From an uncultured Planctomycetia bacterium (GTDB lineage: Bacteria; Omnitrophota; Gorgyraeia; Gorgyraeales; Gorgyraeaceae), in the NCBI GenBank assembly GCA_964566255.1, contig CAZMID010000003.1, positions 5,145 to 69,144 of the forward strand: a stretch of DNA of 64,000 nt. The letters run 5' to 3'. This document shows positions 51,601-63,600 of this stretch, piece after piece. The position numbers and the translations under genes are program-made. The notes beneath the pieces are model-generated. The model was not told where the DNA came from. It saw only the letters and a list, made by a program, of their open reading frames with translations, and searched no databases. Within the stretch, counting starts at the first letter, position 1. Every line of letters begins with the position of its first letter.

Positions 51601-54600
51601 ACTGGTGGCAATCCTTTTATTCTAGCTAATTTTAATAAGTCTTGTATCTTTTTCTCTATGCTATTCCCATTATATCTGATTAAATCACAGATTATATACT
51701 TTGGAAGGTTGTACTTAGTAGCTAAATCACTAATATTGTCGCTTAATGCTTCAAAATCTCCTATTTCAAAACCATCTTTTATAAGAACAGTGATCAGTGA
51801 AATAGGTAATTTATATGTAGCGCTAATCCTCTTTGAATTATATGAAATCTTTTTAAGGACTCTCTCAAAATCTGCATATTTCTTAATTACATGAATCAAA
51901 GTAGATCTTGAAACTCCGTATTTCTCCATAAGCTCCTTAAATGCAGTAAATGTGAATCCTTTGAGAAGAAGCATGTGTACATGATTTTCTATAAATGGTT
52001 TAACAGTCTCATCACCTTGTTTAAACTCCTCGATTGCCTTTTTAACCCCTGCACCAAACCCTTCTATATCAAAAAACTTCTCTACCTTATAAAGCGTGTA
52101 GTTCCCAGGATTCCTTAGAATCTTCCAGCTATTGGCACTTAACAGATAATTTTCCATGAAGTTCTTCTTTAAAAACTCTTCTCTTTCTCTTGTAATCTTC
52201 TTATTTGTCAATTTTCCAATTAAGTCTTTAGCTACTTTCTTCTCAATCCCAATATTAATTAAAGAATCTACTAAAAACTGTGAGTTTTCTAATCTCCTCT
52301 TTTTAGATAACGCATGCTTAGCCAGATACCTCTCCATATGATCGGTTTTACATGCCTTAAATATCAATGATTTTGTAGCGTTGTATTTCTCCTTCAAACC
52401 TAAATAAGACTCATAAGTTAAGCCTCTATAAAGCATCCAGCTATAGTACAACTCTGTAAATGCATTATCCTTAAATATCTTTCTTTCCTCTTTTAATCTA
52501 GATACGAATCTTGTCATGCCTTCCTCTCTCCAATGGCCAGAAACTATTTTCTTTACATCTGATCTAGTCAGAAATCTGTTTCTAGTAAAATTCTTTAGTG
52601 ACTCGAGGTGTAATTCTGAACTCTGGTAAAAATTAAATATACTATTAGTGATTTTCTTGGAGAAATCCATACTAAAACTATTTTCTAATAAAAGCTCTCT
52701 GAGTTCTTCCTTTAAAACGGCATTTGGTATAGGAGGCATTTCTATTAATGGTTTTATCAGTTGTTTCTTTTTTTCTTTTATTAATCGTGGTTTACTAATT
52801 CTACTATCTTCAGCTTCTATCTGGCGCTTGACTTTAATCTTCCCAGTATCTTTTGTAGAAACCTCTAAGCTAATAATCTTAGCATCTTTTAAGAATTTAA
52901 TAGTTTTAGGCAAGCCATTTTTAAATTCAACTTCCACCCACTCATTTGCATAGTTTGAAAATTTCGTCCAATAGATACCTATTTCTAGTTCACCTGCACC
53001 TCCCAACTGATGTAAAATAATATTATCCTTTAATTCTAAAAGTCTCTTTTGAGGGAATTTCTCAAATGAATCTATGATATTTCTTTTAGTATCCAGGATT
53101 AAACTTAAGTCTTTAGCTAGAAATATCTTTCCTTCCTTAATAAGTCTAGCCTTTACCACGATTCCATTAATGACATAAGCCTTTACGTCATCATGCTTCG
53201 GAAATTTACTAAAGTTAGCCCAATTCCTTCCTCCAAGATGTAGGTTCCCGTCTCCATCAAGGTGATGATGTTTTATTACTGCTTTCCTCAGGCCAGCCAA
53301 TCTTTCTTTTTTCATCCCTATAAAAGAATCTACTTCTTTCCTCTTATTTAAATCTACTAAGATAGAAAACTTTCTAATAATACCATCCTTTATAAACTTC
53401 ACTTCTCTTGGTAATCCTTTTCTAACTATAAATTCTACTTCTTCATTTTGATAGAGAGAAAATCTTGCCCAACGCTTGCCGCCAATATGTAATTCACCAC
53501 CATCACGCAGATAAAATCTTTTAATCGTTACATCCTCTAATTTGCTAAACTTAGACCTTCCGTAGCTATCGTAGAATGTTTCAATTAACTGACCGGTCTT
53601 ATTATTCCAAATTTGAGAAAATTCAACCACTAAGTCATCCTCTAAGAATTTAACCTTATCAACAAAGTCTCCCATCATAGTAACTTCAACTAAGGCATTT
53701 GCTCTTTTGCTAAATCTAGCCCGTTTCGTACCATCTATCCACAACCCCCCAGTTTTACCAAGTTGCATTCTTATAACTCTCTCTTTCTTAATCTTTATTA
53801 TTGGTCGCTGAAACAATGGAAGAACTGTTGCACTGTTATATATAGGTTCTATAACTTTTGAAAACATTTCACCTTTTTGTGAAAGAAAATCCCTAGCAGG
53901 GACATTTGAAAGATGTCTCCTCTTTTTTAACTTCACTGATTGGAATGTTTGTTTATTTGGTAGAATAAGTGGGACGGCCCCTCCGACAGGTTCAGATGAA
54001 GACAAGGTTTCATCTCTCTCGCGTCCCACCCACTTGACAATAAGTAAAGTAGTCAAAATTAAAGCAATAGTTATTCCCAATGGCCCCAAGAGAGGAGATG
54101 CAATAAGTACACCGGCCTTTCCAACAGCTGCAAATAAAGTACCTGGCAAAAAGATAGCAGCTAATATACTCGCAGCAATACTAAGCTTTCTGAAACTCCC
54201 TGTAGTTACTAAACTAAGCTTTTCTTTTTGCTGCTGGTTAGGCCTATCCTGGTCTTTATCTATTCTCTGGCCATGAAACTCTGAATCTCTCTTTATATCC
54301 TGGCTACCCTTAACATTCTCAGTTCCACTCCTGACAGCTTCAAGTTTTTCTTTGGCTTTTCCAAGGCGCACCGTGTAATAAAACCTCTTTCCCTCTTCAA
54401 AGACAATATTATCTACAGCCTTTTCTGCTCTCTTAAGAGCCTCCTCGGCTTTATTTAAATCAAGGTCTTCTGTTTTCTCAATATATTGAAGGGCCTTTTC
54501 TAAAATGCCAATCTGTCCATTAGTATATCCATTAGCAGCTGCGCGTAAAGATTCATAAGATTTCCTAAATCCTACGACCCTATCGTCATATTCCAAAAGG

Positions 54601-57600
54601 CCTCCTATAACATTTTCTTCAACAGCCATAGCTAATCTATGTGCCTCTCGCAGGATTTTCACATCTAAATTCTTGATATCTTTCAAAGCGATACTTGCTT
54701 TTTCAATGGCCTTCTTGGCCTTATTGATATACGTAGCCCTAAAAACAATCTGGTCTAATTCAGCAATCCTATCATGAACATATATTGAATCCTGTTCTGA
54801 GCGAGCACGAGCTATGTACCAAGATAGATCAAGTCCTCTCCTGACAGCATCCAACTGGCCATCATTAATATTGTCAAATTTGCAAAGCTTGTAGGTCTCT
54901 TTAACAATCTCTTCAAAGTATTTCCTTAGAGGTACTTTTTCTAGAAAAGATGCCTTGTCCAACTCTGTAGAATGTTTGACCACCACCCTATCTATGTAGT
55001 CCTCATAGTTAGACATTATTATCTTTACATATCTCTGAGTCTCTCGGAACGGAGGAATATTATTGCCATACTCTTCAATTCTATGAGGACCTGCATTATA
55101 TCCTCCTACTGCCAATCTAATGCTTTCGAATCTTTCTAACAACATTGCAAAGTAATGAGTCCCTCCTCTCGTATTCTTATATGGGACATAAACATCCCCA
55201 TCTGTCCAATTCACTCCTAAATCTTCTCTTATATCTTTCCATGTATCTGTAGAAGGATTATCCGGCGTTGACCTGATCTGCATAGCTCCTTTTGCATCTT
55301 TATGGCTAGTGGCCATAACCCTAACACTACCCTTAATATAACTTTCTTGAAGAATCATAAACCATGTAAATGCTGTAAATTTTTCAAGGCTGCCAAAATG
55401 TCTCTTCAATGTAGAATAAGTCCTCTCATCATCCCATGTATCCTCTACTCCTCTTCTTATTTCATTCTCAAAACTATAATCCTCTAGCCTTGTCCCTGAA
55501 TTAGCGCCATAAGCAACATTGCTAGCCACAAAACCTTCATTTGTAAAATGAGGTGATAGAGGTACAAATACCAAGAAGCCTACGAATAATACACTCATTA
55601 ACTTCTTCAGAGAAATCCTACTACCAATCCTTCTCCTATTCTCAGGCCTTATAGAAATAGAAAATAGAGAGCTATTCCCTTGCTTGAAGCTATTCCTTAT
55701 AAATATACTGCCTATTGCAAGTAAACCTAAAGCAATTAGTCCAGGTAGCCCAAAGTGTGTAAATATGATTGTAAGAATACCTATTGACAGAATTCCAGAA
55801 ACAGCAACCTTTTCAGTCTTCTCAGATTTTATAGCACTAGATATCTTATCTACTAAAGGAACATGATATCTTGCCATTATTTCTTCTATAGGGGTGTTTC
55901 TAGAAAGTGTTTTTTCTTCAAGTTCCTGCGGTGTTAAAGAGCCATGAAGCTCTACTTCTTTAACCTTTTCTATTTTGTTAAATTGAGCACGTTTATTTTC
56001 GCCTTGATCTAATGGGCTATACCAGGCCTTTGAACCTGAATGGACTGAGATTTGCTCTATATTCTTTAATGTAGCCTTGGACACTGGAAAATCAGATATA
56101 GGTATTTCAACCATACCATTTTCAGGTATAGTATATTTTTTAGGACTCCGACCAATATCAGCTGCACCCATTGCCTTATCTTTTAATAGCCTTACAAATA
56201 TATTTGTTCCAGATTGATTTCTTGGGAAGGTTATGCGTAAAGACTTTGCATCTGACAAATCAAATAGACCATCTACCCAGCAGGAATAAGCATCTCCACC
56301 AGGCCAACTTCCACTTATTCCCCAGGCAATCGCTTCTACATCTATCTTTAACTTAATTTCTTTTTTGGGTTTTGGTGCAGTCTTCTCTTCCTGAATCGGA
56401 AATTTAATTACCTTTCTGGTTTTTGGCTTTACAATATTTTCTGCTGCTTTTTCTGTAACTCTAATAAGTCCTGGGATTTCTCTGGCGCCTAATGAAAATG
56501 GATTAAATCCTAATTCTACTAATCCCATCCATGCTGTAGACGCAGTACTTAATACGCCTCCTGCAGCAAACCAGCCATGTCCAGTAGGAGCCCTTCTATT
56601 AGCATAAGGGTAAGCTATTTCTTCTCCGATCTGAACAGCCATTGTCTTCATATGGGCATACATTGTAACAGCGTCTTTTTCACATTCTTCCGCCCAATCT
56701 GGATGAGATTTTGAATAATAATCAGCTAAAATAGCACATGCCTCTATAGCACCTGCTGTCCACTCAACACTCTTTATACCATTATCTCCTCTATCAGTAA
56801 AATCAACTGCTATAATATTACCATTATCATCAAATATTCCAGCAAGCTCTTTTGATTCTTTCCATAATCTGTATGAGGTACCATCACCAAACCATTTATC
56901 TATTATATCTGCACCTAATACATCTATTGCCCAGGTCTGACAGTCTGTTGCAAAAATAGGATTAACTATCCATTCCCCCTTATCTTCATCATAGTGCATA
57001 CCTTGATTAAATACGCCTCTTTCAGAATCAAAACTTAGTTTAAGATATCCTGCTACATTATCCATTGCTTTCTTATAAGTAGTCTTTCCTGTAATTTCAT
57101 AAAGCATCCTGAATGCGGCATACCATGATAGATTATTCTCTGTTGAAATCTCATCATACATCCATTTATATCTAAATGGATTTTTACCAGGTTCTTGTGG
57201 AGACCATGTACCTTTAGGAGCCATACGTATACCACCATTTTCAGCTTGCAGGAAAATAGCTGCCCTTGCAGTCTCTTCTGCAAGTTGCATCTCTATAGCA
57301 TCTGGTAAATATTCTTTTCCATTCTCCTTAAAATAAATCTGTAATGGCCCTAAGACTCCTGCCCATGCATTCTCACCTGCTACTGGCTGCCACTGGCTCC
57401 ATTCAACTGTATTTCCTGCAAGAGGGTCTTTTAACTTCCAATGACCAAAGGCATTGATAATCTTAAACCTAAAACCCCTCTCGCCCTTCCAATAAGAAAT
57501 CTTACTTCTACCTTTATCACTATAAACAAATGGTGATTTTGATGCATGTAATTCACGAAGGTCTCCCAATGTGCCCCTCCACATAACATCAACCAATAAT

Positions 57601-60600
57601 TTTGCTGGTCTTAAGTCCCCTGTAAGGGCCTGGAATATTTGCGCAACACCTCCGTCATATATTACAAGTCCTTCTTTTAGAACCGTTCTTTCGTGTACAT
57701 TCTCAGATTCTTCCCAAATCGATTCCAGCCTATCTCCTGGTACCTGAAAGCTTAAGATAACCTTTGTATTATCTGCAACATTATTTTCAAGCCAGTTACC
57801 AATGCCTTTAATGGTTTTTTCTGATGCGATTGAAGTAGAAACTCCCATTAAAAACACTATAACTACAGAAGCAGTAAGCGAGGCGACCTCTCCGAAGGTA
57901 GGACTTGACAAGGTCAGACCATTTTTGCGCCCCGCCTGCTCGTTTCCTGAAAACGTTTTCTTTTTTGGTGAAACAAAAAGCACTTCAGTTGAATTTAAAT
58001 CTTCCCTCTCTAATTTTACAGAGTTAAATGTTGATCTATTTCTAATTACACGATTTAATATTGATTTTATTGGGGATATATATGCCTTTATTTCGCTTGG
58101 TTTCTTGTCATGTGCTATATCTTCAAGGTGAGCTTGTTCATGGGTTAGAAGTTTTTTCTGGAACCACTTAGGTATTAACTTCATTAAATCTTTATTTACA
58201 TAAAGTGTTCCATCTGGGGAAACATAGGATGGGTCTTTTGATGTAGAATCATCTTTACTAGATGCAAATTCTTCTATAAGACCAAAGTCTGGGCCTCGTA
58301 TTACACCTCTCTTAACAAAATAATGAATTATATTTACAAAAGCTATAAGACTGGTCTGTAATAAGTAGAATGTAACAGCGATAAGGCCTGGCAAAGATAA
58401 TAGTGCTATACCAATTGTAGCTACTATCGGTATATCTGAAGATGCACCATAGGCAATAAATGAAGGAGCAAAAAATGTTATTAAGCCTGCAAAAAATGAT
58501 GTTAAAGAACCTATTAAAGAAACAGAGGATTTTTCTTTACCTAACTTACCGACAACATTTTGATTTATTGTTTCTTTAATCTCTCCAGTATTCAAATCTT
58601 TTATTAAAAGAGGGCTGTAATCATCTGCATTAGAAAAATATACAAAATTAAGCTCATCAAGTTCAAACTCTCCTTTTGCTATATCTTGACATTCTTCCAA
58701 TATTTCAAGAAATCTTTCATAGTCTTCTGGTTCTTTATGTATATATCCTATAGAAATATGTCCTAGAAAGTTTCTTCTTGATGTGCTAGTATGCTTATTT
58801 ATAGCTTGATTTAAATCTAAAACTCTATTTAATTCTTCGGGCTCTGAAAATCTTACAAGTACGGAAATAGTCCTCTTTAACCCAATCTCACCTATTAAAA
58901 CTTTTATCTTCCCTGGGGTACCTATATCTTCAAAAGAATTTCTTAATTGTTCTAACCTTTCCTCATATTGTTCCCTGGTAACACCAGTTTTTGCACAATC
59001 ATATTTCTCACTTGGGTCTACATCGCATATTGTCATATGAAAAGTCTCGGGCCTAAGAAACTTAACACTATCCCCTAATCCTTTTCTCTTTAATTCATCT
59101 TGTAAATCAATTAATAGCCTAGACAACTTATTTTCTTGCCCTACAGGAGCAACACATGTAAAACCAGAGAAGGCCAGTAAATTTCCATGCTTATCAATTT
59201 TCTCTCCTCTACCGAAATGTGCTACACTATCAAAAGGTTTGCCCTTATATTTAGTAATAGTTCTGCCTTTCAATCTACTGTTATAAGTCTCGAATTTATT
59301 AATACCTCTTTCAACCCTGCCAAGTTCAAGTGCAACTTCCTTCACACTACGATCTTTTACCTTTAGGGTCTTAAATAAATTGCGCAGCATCTCTTTATTC
59401 TTCTCATCGATTTTTACTTTCAACATTACTCTGAATTCAATATCGCTCATTGCCTTATTTAGTGAATCACCGATATAATGTCCAAACCCCTTAGATAAAT
59501 CAATAGCTATAGTTAAATAACCGCTCTTTTTAAAATCCTCTACTATAGCCTTCAATCCTATTAACATAGACCTTAAAAACTCACTCTTCTCTTTTCCAAT
59601 CAAATTATCAATAGCATCTATATCGATTCCATTGGATATTAAATATTCATAGAATAACTTATATTTATCACCTTCATAATAAAGCTGCATGGCTGCTAAT
59701 CGTTTTGCGGCTTCCATGTCATCCGGATTGGCCATATATTCATCTTTTAAATATGCCAATTGTAATAGGTCTTCATACTCTCTCTCTGTAAAGTGGCCAT
59801 ATTCCTTAAGAAGCAATGCCTTTAATATAGTTATATAACTTTCATTATCCTGGTTATTAAACACTCCTCTTAAGAATACAGGGTGTATTTGCAATATCCT
59901 CCTTTTAATCTTTCCATTCTTTCTGTTTAAAATGAACCTTATAGCCATTATAGGATCGCCAGGCTCATCTGAAAAAACCACATCTTCCAGCATATCCTCA
60001 ACACCTATCTCTTTTGCCTTGCTATGCAAAAATTCTATCTCACTAGCAGTAGGTCTAATCTGGGTCTCAGCTATTCCAGCTATACAGTGAGAAACCTTAC
60101 TAAGGTAATTCTCTATCCTTCTATTTAACTCATTTGGATTATTTATGACTGGGATTAACTGTCCTTCTATGAAATCTCTGAAATAATAACCTGATTTAAA
60201 AGCAGGGTTTACTTCTTTTAAATATCCTGCTACTTGTCGTTGTTTATTGAGATTTATTAATAATTGATGGAGCTTGAGGTCCTGTAGGATAAGGTCATGC
60301 TCTTCTTGTCTTTCTTCTTGTTCTGTGCCAACTGTATTATTATGGCCTAATTCATGGAAAAGCCTTTCAGCAAGGATTATTCTTGTAGCTTCAGGATAAA
60401 TATTATTAGAAGCCAATAATGCTCTTATAAATTCCTCTCCTAAGATTATTTCAACCTGTTCTGTCTTAGAATTATAATATCTTACTGTATTTATTGGGAG
60501 CTTTGAATTTACTCTTATTACAATAGGAGGGGCTCTATTATCCTGACTGTTTAAAAGATCCTGTAAATATATGCTCAATTTAGTATCATTTTTTACTAGA

Positions 60601-63600
60601 TTTTCTATTAAATCAAGCGAATCATTTAAAAACGCTGCCAAATCTCCTGCCTCACTGCCTGTAGGAGTAAATCTCTGGCCTTTAGCCTGAGATAAATCAA
60701 GCCTTGCCTCTAATGAATCTACAAAATTACCTTCCAGATCAGAATACTTTACAGTATGGTCTGTGGGGGCAAAGGTTTTTACAGTGCTTTCTCTTAATAA
60801 TATAGTCTTAAGGTTATTCCATATAAACCCTTTTATGAGATTCTCCCAGAATAAATCTGCAATTATAAAGTAAGGTATTGCAACTAAGAAATGAATCAAT
60901 GCTTTTATAATTGAGATATTTAAGATAGGGAGACTGGTTACCAAGTCAACATAATCTACGAATGCCTTTTTCTTGCCTTCTAAGATCTTTAACCTTGCCT
61001 TAAAAGGCTTTAGGCCATATCTAAAGGAATCCTTCACAGAAAAACCATTATGCATGAATGGGCCTAGTATCAATGCAAATGGAAACACATAGAAGAAAAA
61101 CTGTGCTATTACACCCCAAGGATGCATAGGTGCAACTAAGAATATATTTAACAATAAAACTCCCCATTTAATAGATTCGCGGAATTTACCATATAGGGAG
61201 GCAAATGACTCAGTTGAATATTTAACATCCTTTGCACCTCCTATAAAAACTCCGCTATTACCGCCAAGAGCATCTATTGTCTTCTGAGCATCATTTGGAA
61301 CAAGCGACAAGAATGTTAATACCAGACTCCAAAACCTCATTAGGTATAGGCCATAACCCTTCAAAAATCCATATTCTTTTACAAGTTTTCTTACGCCTCC
61401 TGCTGCTATTGCCTGTGCAAATACATATTGCATAGATATAAATAATAAAGGAATAGACAGATATGCAAAAGGTGTAAAGGATACAAAGAATGCAAACGAG
61501 TAAATCATGAGGTTATAGCGTGGTATAATCACCTGATTTATATAATGGTCATCATTTGCAAGCAATGTGAATTTTTCTGCCCAGTGCATAATCTTACTTT
61601 TCAAAAGCTGCTGGAAGTGAATACTTATATTGTTATCAATTATTAATCCTCCGAACCTATTTACAAAAGATGGCATACCGCCTTGCGTCTTTTCCCTGCC
61701 TCTGCCCATTGTTATACCAGGCGCATAATCTGCCTTATAACCTGCCTTTAATATCTCTTGAGCAGTCATAGAGTCTTCTATCTTACTTGCAGGAACGCCA
61801 AAATCCCTCATTGCTGAGAGGCGCACAATGCCTGGACCATACATGGCTGGAGTGCCAGTCCTTGTCTCAGAAGGAATTAAGCGGGTATTGAATACATCTT
61901 CTGCTATCTCCTGGTCTTTCGCAGTAGGTGTCATACCTTGGTCAGCATCCCTGAGGTCAGTACCCACTATACCTAAATCAGGTCGTTGGGTGAAATCCCA
62001 TGCAACAAAAGGAAGCATGAATACATCAACTGGGAATATAGTATGTTCCCAGTCAGTATTGAATATGACTGCGTCTTTTTCGCCTGCTAAATGCCTCAAG
62101 GCATGTGTCCAGTTATCAACTTTATATCCCCAGCCAGAATGAAATTCAGAATCAGGAGGCACACCAAATCCAGCTATTGTTGCAAGGTGTCTTTCAGGGC
62201 AACCTTCTCCAGCTCCTTCCCCTTCTTTTACCCAGCTGCCTTCCTGCCACCCGAGTTCTTTTAAGTCTTCCATCATAACTGGGCCATTAACCTTACCAGC
62301 AAGCTCAACTTGATAACTAAACATACCCTGATAATATTCAAGTATCTCTTCATCTGTCGGATTACGGTCAAGTTCCATTACATGTTTTAAGAATATCCTG
62401 TATGCTACAAGGGATGATTCGTGAGCAGTCCTTACTGTCTTCTCCACGTTATCAACCCTAAACAATACCCACTGATGGATAATCTGGCGTGAAAGCATGA
62501 TTTCAATAAGGAGTTTTCTTAATACTTCGTCATCTTGTATGCTTGAGAAATCTCCTGCTCCAAAATCCGTATTGTATTTCTCTGACAACATTGCACGATC
62601 TGGATTTGTAATATGCTTAAGTTCTATCTCGAGGTTTTGCAAAATTGTATCTCTGGACATTGCATTAAAATCATATCGTGCAGACATAGGATTATCTCCA
62701 TCATGTCCCAAAGGTAAAATACCATATTCCAACATCCCTTCTAATGTATCTTCAAAACTCATGTAAGGGTCGCTAAACTTTTTAATAAAGGCCTTTTTAG
62801 CATCTCCAGTTAAATTACCTAATCCTGCAAGATAATCAAGGTATGATAACCAATCACCTCTATATGCCTCTTTAATTATCCTGAAAGGTGTTTTTATGTC
62901 TCCACCGCCTTTTCCTTCTGGATGAGGAGTATCATCATCCAAAGAGATCCTTGTAACCACAGCAAACTGCTTCCAGCTAGTCACCTTGGTTATTACCCTT
63001 AAAAGCTGACCTGGGTTTGTTCGTATAAATTCCTTTATATCTTGAAATTCTTCTTTGCTATAAAGATTGACCTTATTAAAGAATTCTACGATCTTCTTTT
63101 TTGCACGAGGGTTCTGGATATCTGCAGCATCAGATAATGCTTTCCCCTTACCTAATGCCTCCCTAAGTCCTTGTGCCTCCTCTTCAGTAATCATGCGGTA
63201 TTTTAACAGCGTTTCATTTATTAGGATCTCATGATATACGTCAGTCAAGTAAGGATCATTCTTTATCTTTTCAATATCACTCTGTTTTATCTGGTTATAT
63301 GAATTTATATCCTTCCAGTGACCTTGTTTTTCAAGCGCATGTATTACTGCTTCTGATAACAGATGCCACCAGCTGCGTAACGATACCATAGCATTTAAAA
63401 AGAGGATTATAGAACCAATACCAAGCCCTATTAAAGGCAAGACCCCCCATGAATATAATACACATAATACTGTCAATACCGCAAATGTCCCGACCCATAA
63501 TGTGGCAAGTATTTTAAAGAACCTTACCTTCTCGCTTATCCTTTCCTGTGCTTGCGGGTCAGTTCTACCAATATATTCCTTGCTTGCTTCATAGATATCT

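Noticed and set aside
52870-53780. Possible CRISPR array or DNA tandem repeat
   Set aside because: Repeats are visible only at protein level; I saw no identical DNA repeats with spacers and no cas genes in the window
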